From positions 201,190,001-201,254,000 of the forward strand of contig NC_042997.1 of NCBI RefSeq assembly GCF_006345805.1: 64,000 nucleotides of DNA, read 5' to 3'. The notes under the pieces were generated by a model. It did no database searches, was not told the DNA's origin, and worked only from the letters and a program-made list of their open reading frames with translations. The stretch's first letter is position 1; every line of letters begins with the position of its first letter. Both the position numbers and the translations under genes were made by a program. This document shows, piece after piece, positions 11,491-22,469 of this stretch. The stretch is from Octopus sinensis. Lineage: Eukaryota.

Positions 11491-12891
11491 TATGCACTGA
11501 ATTCAGCACAGGTGCAAACCACCTGTTGTGAACTGTCAATAGAATGTGGTCGAACAGCATTAAATAAAATCTAATCAAACATCCATAACCGAACTTGTCA
11601 CCTTTTGCTCCGGTCTCTATCAGATTCTTAACTCACGAAGCTAAGCATCCATCACAGAAGAAATAAATAAATTAATAAATACATTTCTGAAACACGTTTT
11701 AGACTCTTTACAATATGATAAACTACAACAGGATAATCTTGTTGGAAAATCGAATTGGCGTATAAAACCACTAGTCATGGCAAACATCTTTAAAATATTA
11801 TTATTTTACATCTACATTGTTAAAACTATTGATTATCCAAACACTTTTACAGTCTTATTGATATTGATGCCAATTTTTATTCCAAAATTATATCTAATCT
11901 GTTTTTTCTTCTTTCATTTCTTCTGGGAATTTTAACGAAATAAATCTATCGTTGCATATTTTTAACCTAATTTTCCTATCACCTTTTTAAGCCTAATATA
12001 TCGATGTTTTTCTGAATTCACTCTATCTCAAGATAATTTATATTTCAACTTAGCCCAGAAGACAGACTCTATCATTAAAAATGTTTTCCTGTTGGATAAA
12101 ACCATAACACTTTTGTTTCCATTTCCTCACTTTTACCAAACAATATAAAATGTTGTATAAAATGCTGATTCAGCTCAATGCTCCATTTTAACATCACGGT
12201 TGATTAAGTTACTTGCAAGCTCCTATTTGCTTCTAGAAATCTCCATTATACTTGGGCATATCTCCAGAATTACTGCTCCTTTATATGTTCCTTTTCAATA
12301 CCCCGATAATGAGAGGAATGAAAACTTCCTTAGCTCTGCCATAAGGTGGTGCTTTCTGATTAGTCAGCAATAATTGTGGCAATGGCAATTTCTTAAACTG
12401 AAGTGTGTTATTGCACATTAACAAAATTATCTCTGGATATTTCTTTGATCTAATGAATGGTATTGAATTCTTCTCTAAGACATTGAGGAGAAATCTTTGC
12501 CATCTACTTCCTGTAACTAATGCAATGCAAAGTGATTAATCACCTTTAAAGGTTTCCACAGCATGCCAGGATTCCCTTGAAGGAATCGGAAAAACGAGAA
12601 TCCTTGCCATTGAATAACAATTTTGCTTTCTAATGAAAATGAAAATGAGCAGCAAACAGGAAATGATTGTTAAAGGGAGACAAGTAGTAGCACCAGAACA
12701 CAAAGCTTTGCTGCTCATGTGCTGTTATAATAGACATAAAGTAACAACGTCAGAAATGACATCACTTTAACCTTGTTTAATTTTTATGCCGTTCCAAATT
12801 ATATTCATTTTACAGGAATTAGCCAAATTTCATTGTTACGTTTCTGTTTTGTCTTTTGCCTTTTACTTGTGTAATGAAGGAAATAAAACAA

Positions 12892-12895
<4 letters not shown>

Positions 12896-12952
<57 letters not shown>

Positions 12953-13680
12953 CATCATCATCATCATCATCGTTTAAATCCATTTTCCATGCTGGCATGG
13001 GTTGGATGGTTTGACTGAGGGCTGGAGAGCTGATGTCTGCACCAAGCTCCAATCTGATCTGGCAGTGTTTCTACATGTCCTAATATCAACCACTCCAAGA
13101 GTATAGTGAGTGCTTTTTACATGTCACCGGTATAAGAGCCAGTCAGTGGGTACTGGCCTTAGGTATTTGGTTGGTGCTTTTTATGTGCCACCAGCATGGG
13201 AGCCAGTCAGGAGGTACTGGTATCAGCCACATTCAGATGATGCTTTTTTACATGCCACTGACATAGGAGCCAGTCAGGGGGGTACTGGTATTAACCACAT
13301 TTGGATGATACTTTTATAGAGGCCACTGGCATGGGAGCCAGTCAGGGGTCACTGGCATCAACCACGTTCAGATGGTGCTTTTTATGTACCACTGGCATGG
13401 GAGCCAGTCAGGGGTCACTGGCATCAACCATGTCCGGATGGTACTTTTTTACATGCCACTGGCACAAGAGCCAGTCAGGGGGGGCACAGGCATCAACCAT
13501 GTTTGGATGGTGCCTTTTACATTCCACTGGCACAGGGGCCAGTCAAGGGGCACTGGCCACAGCTATGATATTGTATGATATCAGTATGATATTACTTGAC
13601 TCAACAGGTCTTCTCAAGCACCAAAATAAGTATTCTTCATTCCAAAGTAAGACCTTGGAAAAAGTTTCTTCTTGAAATAT
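12896..13680 (-). mobile_element. RTE-type 3' end with seven ~66-bp tandem units, next to (AAT)n(CAT)n
   Basis: Units beginning gtgcttttta recur from ~13110 to ~13565. The RTE tail motif is at 12960-13100. Confidence 0.8.
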
Positions 13681-14387
13681 ATATCAACAGGATTATTACG
13701 GAAAAGAAAAATTAGAAAATGTTGCTCATATTACGGCCTGTACACTCTACAACATCATATATGCCTGCAGAGGCTTCCTCATAAAATAGTCTAGTGGACA
13801 CTCAGAAGAATCATATCAACTTGTTTCAGTCAATTGACTGCAGCCATGCTGGAGCAACACCTTCATGAATTCTTAGTGAAATGATTCAATCATTATATAT
13901 GTTTTTTTTAAAATTTTATCCAAGCCAAGTACATATTCTATTGGACTCTTTTGCCCAACTGCTAAGTTATGACAGCACAAACACATCAGTACTGGTTATC
14001 AAGTGATGGTGGCAGATCACTTGGACACTGGTGTTGATGTAATCAAACAGGCAGCAGAAATTTGAAACCAATATAAGAAAAAGACATCACACATGTCCCC
14101 TACAGGGTCTTTGAGACTGGTGGATGAGAGAAAGAAGAAACCATGACTCATTTGGTGCCGTCTATCAGATGAGTCTCCACAGAAATTCCATCAACTCAGT
14201 CTCATGCACAAGGTAGAGTCATAGATAGAATGTGTGATGCTTAAGGTGGTCCCTAAAATTGCTCTCCACCCCATACAGGCCCAAAAGTGTCATTCCCATA
14301 TTGGCATTGCCTGGGGCAGGCTTCCCTATAGAAATGGATTCTTGCCTTAGGTGCCTCAAAGCCTGATTGAACCTAGAATAATTATAG

Positions 14388-14790
14388 ACACAGGCATGAC
14401 TGTGCGATAAGAAGCTTGCCTCCCAACCGCATGGTTCTGGGTTCAGTTCCAATGTGTGCCATTATGGGCAATTGCTTTCTACTATATTCTTAGGCTAACA
14501 GACCTTGTAAGTTGATATACTTGATGGTAAATGAAAGAAGCCTGTCATGTGTGTGTGTGTGTGTGTGTGTGTACATGTGCGTGTGTGTATATGTGTGTGT
14601 GTGTGTGCGTGCGTATATGTGTGTGTGTGTGTCTTTGTGTCTGTGTTTGACAGCCAGTGTTGGTGTGTTTACATCCCTGTAACTGAGAGAATAAGTACCA
14701 GGCTTAAACAACAAAAACAAATAAGTCATTCCACTAAAAATCTTTCAAGGCTGTGCCCCAGCATGGCCACAGTCTGATGACAGAAACAAA
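14388..14790 (+). mobile_element. Family-2 SINE with internal (GT)n
   Basis: ggcatgactgtgcgataag head, ggttcagttcc B-box region and 3' cagcatggccacagtc. Confidence 0.8.
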
Positions 14791-15012
14791 AAAAAAATAA
14801 TAAAAACATAGAGATAATCAATAGAAAGTTTTTCCATTGCCATGAATCTGAATATTTATAAAACAATTCAGTGAAGCGGAAACTCTGTTTATTTTTCTAT
14901 TCATTAGACTGACTCAGCTAAAAACGATAAAACAAAACTTTCACTGTTGATTTTTTTAACCAACATCATAACTTCTTTCGTTCACTAATTTGTTTTAGTC
15001 ATCAATATTATT

Positions 15013-15241
15013 AGCGAGCTGGCAGAATCGTTAGCACGCGGCGCAAAATGCTTAGCGGTATTTCGTCTGCCGTTATGCTCTGTGTTCAAATTCCGCCGAG
15101 GTCGACTTTGCCTTTCATCCTTTTGGGGTCGATTAAATAAGTACCAGTTACGCACTGGAGTTGATATAATTGACTTAATCCCTTTGTCTGTCCTTGTTTG
15201 TCTCCACTATGTTTAGCCCCCTGTGGGCAATAAAGAAATAA
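15013..15241 (+). mobile_element. Family-1 SINE
   Basis: Near-consensus copy. Possible short TSD aatattat. Confidence 0.9.
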
Positions 15242-15475
15242 AATATTATGTCCAAGCTGGAGCCTCACTTTTGGACTAGTGTTCCTGAGTTTTTAAACAA
15301 GATTGGTATGTGGTTAGGAATTTTGCTCATCAAACATGTGGCCTTGAGTTCAATCTCACCGTGTGACACCTTGGGTGAGTATCTTACATTATAGCCCCAG
15401 GCTGACCAAAGCCTTGTGAGTGGATTTAATAGACAACCTGAAAAAACCTCACTCACTCTCTCTCTCTCTTTCTCT

Positions 15476-15840
15476 CAGGATGATAATGCACCAATTCACA
15501 CAGCTAAAGTTGTTACTGAATGGCACGAGGAATATTCTAGTGAAATTGAACATCTTATCTGGCCATCATAGTCCCCAGATCTCAACATCATTGAACATGT
15601 ATGATGCATTTTAGAAAAACAAGTAAGGAGTCGATATCCTCCACCATCATCACTACAAGAACTGGAGACTGTTTTAGCTGAAAAATGGACAAAAATTCCT
15701 TTGGAAACAATTCAAACTTTGTACGAGTCCATACCTCGTATAATTCAAGCTGTAGTTACTGCCAAAGGTGGTCCTACACCATATTAAAATAAATTAGTTT
15801 GAATTTTAAGGTGTTTCCATAATTTTGTCCAACCCCTTTA
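15476..15840 (+). mobile_element. 3' fragment of a Tc1-family DNA transposon (transposase C-terminus and right TIR)
   Basis: Reads QDDNAPIHTAKVV...WPS*SPDLNIIEHV*...QAVVTAKGGPTPY*, then ggtgtttccataattttgtccaacccc before (TA)n. In-frame stops are present. Confidence 0.85.
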
Positions 15841-15889
15841 TATATATAAATATATATATATATATATACACATATAAATTCCAAAAAGA

Positions 15890-16085
15890 ACTGACACAAA
15901 AAAACAACAACACAAGGATGTGGTACATGTAATGCATTACCAGATGCTCAGGGAAGGAAAGAAAAATGGTTTCATGTTTCGGGAAGACACTCTTCTTCAG
16001 AAATAGAAGGAAGTCCAATAGCAGGGAAGACAGAAGGAGAAAATTGCCAACGATTCACATGTGGTTACATTTTGAAATTTGTACT
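15890..16085 (-). mobile_element. Penelope-type non-autonomous repeat (P2) with a decayed hammerhead-like motif
   Basis: Homologous to 48871-49063. Minus strand reads tttCTGAAGAagagtgtcttcccGAAACatgaaa. Confidence 0.6.
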
Positions 16086-16126
16086 TATGTGTATATATGT
16101 ATGTATGTATGTATATATATATATAT

Positions 16127-16189
<63 letters not shown>

Positions 16190-16267
16190 GTGAAATAGAA
16201 AGATGAATAATCTTGTAGTAGATTAATCAAAGTTTAACCGATACCTTAGTACCAAAAATCACTTCCT

Positions 16268-16358
16268 ATTTTCTTCCTGAAGAGAAAGACACAATATGGT
16301 CCCATTATTCAATCGGATTTTGGTAATTTGTGCCTTCGAAACACGTGTAGAATGAAGT
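16268..16358 (+). ncRNA. Candidate type I hammerhead ribozyme (Penelope-type, palindromic helix III)
   Basis: CUGAAGA at 16277-16283, G10.1-C11.1 pair (16284/16337), GAAA at 16338-16341, helix III ACACGUGU, GUA triplet at 16347-16349. Helix I pairs at 8 of 9 positions including G-U. Confidence 0.7.
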
Positions 16359-16405
16359 AAACGATTTCTGTTCAATCTGCGTTCAGCTCCATTTCTTCAA
16401 TTCAC

Positions 16406-16452
<47 letters not shown>

Positions 16453-16489
16453 ATATATATATATGTATGTATATGTATATATGTATATT

Positions 16490-16665
16490 ACTAACCACTA
16501 CACATTCTTTATTTCCTCTCCTTGTTTCTTGCTGTGTTCCTTTCTGTGGAAGAGCGTAGGCTCAAAACATTAAAGACTTTTTCACTTCCCGAGCATTAAA
16601 CTAATACATCTGTTTGTTGCCTACACCCCCTGTCTTCGTCTTTTGTTTTTTTGTGAATTCTCCCT
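16490..16665 (+). mobile_element. Penelope-type non-autonomous repeat (P1)
   Basis: ctttCTGTGGAagagcgtaggctcaaaac...ctaatacatctgtttgtt...cctgtcttcgtc. Homologous to 37358-37600. Confidence 0.65.
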
Positions 16666-16924
16666 ATATATATATGTATATATATACAGGCACATATGCA
16701 TGGTGGCACAAAAGTCACGCACCAGCAAAATAACACTTTGCCATAACATCATCATGTTTGTTATTTTTTGTAAGTAAATGTGGAAAATGTTTGTGACTGG
16801 GGGGAGGTGCATGACCCTTGCACCACCCTGGGTATGCATTTACATACATATATACACACACATGGACACATGCATATACATGCACACACACACCCATGCA
16901 CACATGCACGCACACATATATTGT

Positions 16925-17235
16925 GGAGGCACATAGCTTAGTGGTTGGGGTTTTCATCTCACAATTCACGTTTGTAAGGCCGTGAGTTCTATTCCTGGCC
17001 ACACATTGTGTCCTTGAGCAAGACCCTCGTGTATTTCCAATTGCTCCTGTCCACTCAGCTGTCAGAAATGAGTTGTAGCTGTATTTGAAAGGGCCAGCCT
17101 TGTTACATACTGTGTCAAGCTGGATCTCTCTGAGAACTACATTAAGGATTCCTGTGTCTGTGGAGTACTCAGCCACTTGCACATTAATTTCATGAGCAGG
17201 CTGTTTTCTCATCCCAACTGGTGGAGTGCCAGTCT
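16925..17235 (+). mobile_element. tRNA-derived SINE (head H5, tail T1)
   Basis: A/B-box head, ttgagcaagac body, and tail shared with 21652 and 46395. Confidence 0.75.
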
Positions 17236-17249
17236 TATATATGTATGAG

Positions 17250-17840
17250 GTGGTGAAGCATGACCTTCGAAATTTGGGCCTCACAGAGCCAATGACAAGT
17301 GACCGAAACTTTTGGAGATATGTTGTGACTGAGAAGACCTGGCAAGCCAAATGAGATCATGGCCACGGCCAATGCCAGTGTTGCATAACTGGCCCGTTTA
17401 AAAGTACCCTTCAATCATCGGGCCATATGCTGTGTGAGTCAAGTGAAATAATAATCATGGCCCATGCCAGTGCCACCTGACTGCCACTTGTGCCAGTGAC
17501 AGGTAAAAAGCACCATTCAAGTGTGGTTGATGCCAGTGTCGTCTGAACTTGCCCCCATGCCAGTGGCACATAAAACACACCCACTACACTCCGAGAGTGT
17601 GGGTGCCTTTTACATGCCACCGGCACAGGTGCCAGGTGAGGCAGCACTGGCATCGACCACACTCGCATGGTGCTTTTTACCTGTTACTCAGTGTGTGTGT
17701 GTGCGTGTGGGGGGCATCCAGCTGTAGAAATCTTGCCAGATCAGATTGGAACTTGGTGCAGCCTCCTGGCTTGCTAGTCCCCAGTCAAACCATCCAACCC
17801 ATGCCAGCATGGAAAACAGATATTAAACGATGATGATGAT
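17250..17840 (+). mobile_element. RTE LINE 3' end (ORF end, 3'UTR, (GAT)n)
   Basis: gaggtggtgaagcatgaccttcga...gagaagacc matches the end of the RTE ORF at ~38200-38300. Confidence 0.8.
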
Positions 17841-17845
17841 ATATA

Positions 17846-18478
17846 CAGCAATCCCTCACCATATCATGATTCACCTACTGAGGTTCATCTATCACAGTTT
17901 ATTATTTAAGCTTATGTCAATTCCTCCATGGTGTTGGTCTGCATTTATAATAAAATAAATATATACAATTCTGTTGTATATATAGAAAAATAAAAAAGAA
18001 ATAAGTGGAAATTTTACCAGTGAGTGTATTAAATTATAAGGCACCAAAAGAGAATGACTCTCCCCAGACACAACAGAATATGCTTCAACACACGGATTCA
18101 CATAAAGAATCTTGCAAACCAAATCCCAAAACGAAATAAAATATATACAAATTATACAGGGTGCAACAGAAATACCTCCCACATTTGAAAGATTGACAAA
18201 AGGAAAAGGAAATAACATTTGTGAAAAATTAATTTTACTGCAGTTTAAACAAAGGGTTACAGTTTTTATTCATTAGCTAAATGAAAATATTATTAGCATT
18301 TGCATAAGTTCATTAGCAACACATACGTGAAAGTTTAAAATGTGGGAGGTATTTCTGCTGCACCCTGTAAAAATAAATTTAAAAAAATATACAGTACAGT
18401 ACTGTTTCAACTTTGTGGATTTTCCCCTATTGGGATGGGGTTTGGAATGTAACACCTGCTATAGTTGAGGGATTACTG
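17846..18478. mobile_element. Tc1/mariner/pogo-type MITE with TA flanks
   Basis: TIRs cagcaatccctca and tgagggattactg, each flanked by TA. Confidence 0.7.
18157..18367. mobile_element. 211-bp Tc1/mariner MITE nested in the larger MITE
   Basis: TIRs cagggtgcaacagaaatacctcccacattt and aaatgtgggaggtatttctgctgcaccctg, with TA on both sides. Confidence 0.9.
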
Positions 18479-18740
18479 TATATGTATATGTATGTATGTT
18501 TTTGTGTACACCCTTGTCTAGCCATCGTGTGATGGCTGTAAATGAGCATCATTATCACACAAGCAAGGTTTGTTCATTGGAGCCTTCCATGAAAAAAATG
18601 TCTAGCTATGGAGAAAATATTAACTCATTTGGGAACAAATGAGGGTTGGCAACAGGAAAGAGCATCATCCAAGCATAGAAAGTCTGCCTCAACAAATTTC
18701 ATTTGATCCATGCAAAGGATAGAATATTGGACGTTGAACA

Positions 18741-19202
18741 AGGTGGCGAGCTGGTAGAAACATTAGCATGCCAGACGAAATACTTAGCAGTATTTCGTCT
18801 GCCATTACATTCTGAGTTCAAATTCTGCCGAGGTCGACTTTGCCTTTCATCCTTTCGGGGTTGTTAAATTGAGTACGCGTTGCGTACTAGGGTCAATCAA
18901 ATCGCCTTGCCTCCTCTCACAAAATTTTGGGCTTTGTGCCTTGAGTAGTAAAAAAGTATTTAACAAAGCGTGGTGGTGAGCTAGCAGAAATGTTAGCCTG
19001 CCAGGCGAAATGCTTAGCAGTATTTCGTCTGTCTTCATGTTCTGAGTTCAAATTCCGCCAAAGTCGACTTTGCCTTTCATCCTTTTGGGGCCGATAAATT
19101 GAGTACAAGTTGCGTACTGGGGTCAATGTAATCGACTTAATCCCTTTGTCCATCCTTGTTTGTCCCCTCTATGTTTAGCCCCTTGTGGGCAATAAAGAAA
19201 TA
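18741..19202 (+). mobile_element. Dimer of family-1 SINEs (tail B then tail A) inside an RTE tail
   Basis: TSD agaatattggacgtt at 18721-18735 and 19203-19217 brackets both monomers. Confidence 0.85.
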
Positions 19203-19219
19203 AGAATATTGGACGTTAA

Positions 19220-19258
<39 letters not shown>

Positions 19259-19848
19259 GCAACTTTCTTAATTTTAACCAAATGGATGGAACTAAGAAAT
19301 CAGTTACTTAAATGGCAGCTGGTGTCTTTCTAGGTGACTCTAATAATCTCCTGCTAGTTTCAGTTCTGTAAAAGGTCTTACCATGAATTATTCACTGCGT
19401 GTTGGTGAAACTCGGTGCCACACCATGTAATTTAAACACCATAAATCAAGCTTGCTATTTAGATAACTGTCTGATTAAGGAACCAATTTAAATATCAACC
19501 AGGTAGCGCAAGCAATTAATCTGCTTCTCTCTGACTGAGAATAAATACTAAAACAGCTTCCCTTGCATTCTGTAAATGTGAATTGTCGTGGAAATGTTTG
19601 GTGATTTGGCATCGGGTTAATAATCAATCAAAAAAAAAAAAAAAAGAAAAGAAAGAAAATAGTGTTGCAAAAAGGAAATCTTTTTATTTCAAACAAAAGA
19701 TTGGTGGGTATAGCTTTTTTTTCTTTCTTCCTTAAGTGTAGCTAATTATTGTGAGGGCTTGGCTTTATAAAAATTTTCTTTCTCCTCCTCAATGTCATCA
19801 CCACCAACATCATGTTTATCATCAACATCATCATCATCATCGTCATTG

Positions 19849-19899
<51 letters not shown>

Positions 19900-19935
19900 C
19901 AATGTATTATTATTATTATTATTATTATTATCATT

Positions 19936-20144
19936 CAGTAGTTTTATTTTTATAGCGTGCTTTCACTTCACTACCGAGCGCAGCTCTGTGTGCCTTGGGT
20001 ATGTGCTGTGATTTGTTGTGATGCTCTGGTGGTTATTGTATGGAAAGTGTTCTGCGTAGGATGTGTGCAGTGCCTAGTAGTGCAATTTTCTGTATGTTAT
20101 ATGTGTTTGTAAGTCCTGGTGTTTTTGTTATGTATTTGTCTGAA
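19936..20144 (-). mobile_element. 5'-truncated R4/Dong-like LINE subfamily B
   Basis: Near-identical to 4531-4740 and flanked by (ATT)n. Confidence 0.85.
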
Positions 20145-20389
20145 TTTATTATTATTATTATTATTATTACTGTTGTTGTTGCTGTTGTTGTTATTATTAT
20201 TATTGTTATTTAATGAAAACTCTCAGTTTATTTTGTATGATAGAAAGTATTAACTGTCCAAAGCCAGCAGACTAAGGTGACATTTGTTTACTGGTCATGC
20301 TTCAAGAATCCTGCAAAGAATTCTTGCAATTCCAAGCAATGCTTATTTTTGTGGGATTATTGTTGTTATTATTATTATTATTGTTGTTG

Positions 20390-20424
<35 letters not shown>

Positions 20425-20431
20425 GTTATTA

Positions 20432-20483
<52 letters not shown>

Positions 20484-20485
<2 letters not shown>

Positions 20486-20648
20486 CTAGTTTTATTTTTA
20501 TCACATGCTTTTACTGCACTACCAAACGCAACTCTGTGTGCCTTGGGTACGTGCTGCGGTTTGTTGTGGTGCTCTTATTTTCACTGTATTGAAAGTGCTT
20601 TATATAGGATTTATGCAGTGCCCAGTAGTGCTATTTTCTGTATTTTCT
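20484..20648 (-). mobile_element. Short R4/Dong-like subfamily B 3' end
   Basis: Aligns to 5996-6160. Its 3' end is in (TAA)n and its 5' end abuts a mariner fragment. Confidence 0.8.
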
Positions 20649-20649
20649 T

Positions 20650-21003
20650 TCGAGACAAAGAATTCCTTCACTGTTGCTTCCATCTCCTCTTGGTTGAAGT
20701 GCGGGAAGTGAGCCATGCATTGGAACAAATACTAATCCGAGGGAGCTAAGTTTGGACTATATGCTGGCTGTGGCATCAGTTTGATTCCCTCAAGTTCCCA
20801 GAGTTTATTCCTTGTTGTTCAAGTGGTATGAGGTCTTGCATTGTCTTGTGCAGAAGAGTTTTCTTTCAGTTAACCAATGTCAGGTATTTTGATGCACAAA
20901 GGCATACATCCACCCCAGCTGTTTCGTGGAATATACGTTGACATCAATGACTTGGCCATCTGGAACAAAGTTATAGTGAATTACCCTTCATAATACCACC
21001 AGA
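20650..21003 (-). pseudogene. Mariner transposase fragment
   Basis: Minus strand reads QDNARPHTT*TTRNKLWELEGIKLMPQPAYSPNLAPSD, which contains the mariner DNARPH and YSPxLAPSD motifs. Confidence 0.85.
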
Positions 21004-21006
21004 TAT

Positions 21007-21410
21007 AGGCGTAGGAGTGGTTGTGTGGTAAGTAACTTGCTTATCAACCACATGGTTCTGGGTTCAGTCCCATTGCGTGGCACCATGAGCAAGTGTCTTC
21101 TACTATAGCCTCGGGCTGACCAAAGCCTTGTGAGTGGATTTGGTAGATGGAAACTGAAAGAAGCCCGTCGTTTATATGTATATATATATATGTGTGTGTG
21201 TCTGTGTTTGTCCCCTCAACATCGCTTGACAACCGATGCTGGTGTGTTTATATCCCCATAAACTTAGCAGTTCGGCAAAAGAGACTGATAGAATAAGTAC
21301 TAGGCTTACAAAGAATAAGTCCTGGGGTCTATTTGCCCAACTAAAGGCAGTGCTCCAGCATGGCCACAGTCAAATGACTGAAACAAGTAAAAGAGTAGAA
21401 GAGTAAAAGA
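21007..21410 (+). mobile_element. Full-length family-2 SINE
   Basis: tRNA-like head ggcgtaggagtggttgtgtggtaag, CORE-like gagcaagtgtcttc, internal (TA/TG)n and tail gagtaaaagag. Confidence 0.9.
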
Positions 21411-21651
21411 GATTCAGAGCATCATGTTTGGCAACAGGTTCTGTAAGCTTAACCACTGCTTATGCATGTCAAAATTGTGTAAAAAAATATCTCCATCAGA
21501 TTATTACATGTTCCCATCCATGGTCCACTTTATACACTCGAGTCACTTCCTTAACCACGAGGAAATGTAAGCTTTAGTGAAGCAGTTCTTTGCTTCAGGG
21601 GATAAGAACTGGTATCGGCATGGAATCAGAGAACTGGTAGATGGATGGATG

Positions 21652-22033
21652 GAAGCACTCCATCGGTTACGACGATGAGGGTTCCGGTTGATCCGAATCA
21701 ACGGAACAGCCTGCTCGTGAAATTAACGTGTAAGTGGCTGAGCACTCCACAGACACGTGCACCCTTAATGTAGTTCTCGGGGATATTCAGCGTGACACAG
21801 AGAGTGACAAGGCCGGCCCCTTGAAATACAGGTACAACAGAAACAGGAAGTAAGAGTGAGAGAAAGTTGTGGTGAAAGAGTACAGCAGGGATCACCACCC
21901 CCTGCCGGAGCCTCGTGGAGCTTTTTAGGTGTTTTCGCTCAATAAACACTCACAACGCCCGGTCTGGGAATCGAAACTGCGATCCTATGACCGCGAGTCC
22001 ACTGCCCTAACCACTGGGCCATTGCACCTCCAC
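21652..22033 (-). mobile_element. tRNA-derived SINE (head H4, tail T1)
   Basis: Reverse complement head ggaggtgcaatggcccagtggttagggcagtggactcgcgg...gtttcgattccc with A and B boxes. Confidence 0.85.
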
Positions 22034-22469
22034 TAGAACTGGTAGAAAGGTGGCTTCAAACAGTGCGACCCAATGGCTTCTACATTTTCAATGTTCGGCT
22101 GCTTTTGCTGTAACTTGACAAATAAAGTAAATAAGTCACCAAAATATTGGAAATCTTTTGACTCAGCACAATATTAATTGAACAACAGTAAAGTGTTGAT
22201 CGGTTGGTGAGCAAAGTGAATGAATTGGCTGATTGAAACTTGCCTGCTGACAATCTGGATTACCAAATGGAACTGTACTTACTCAAGAGTATTTGCCTTT
22301 TATCACGTTATATGTGATAATACATTAGTGTATAGGTGTAGGCAAGCATAATGAATGATGGACGATCCATTCACTTAGTTCTAAAGATAAGATAGACTAT
22401 CTTGAATGCTTCAGTGTTTCTTTGAAAAGCTTAATAGTAAATGTATTTTACTGTATTTAAGAATATCTT

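Noticed and set aside
11700-12720. Possible AP-endonuclease remnant (GDF motif) on the minus strand
   Set aside because: A single short motif followed by a stop is too little evidence.
13108-13565. CRISPR-like regularly spaced repeats
   Set aside because: Whole ~66-bp units are homologous with no unique spacers, the context is eukaryotic, and there are no cas genes.
16715-17350. 211-aa ORF
   Set aside because: It spans RTE, SINE and (CA)n sequence on the antisense strand and is a chance read-through.
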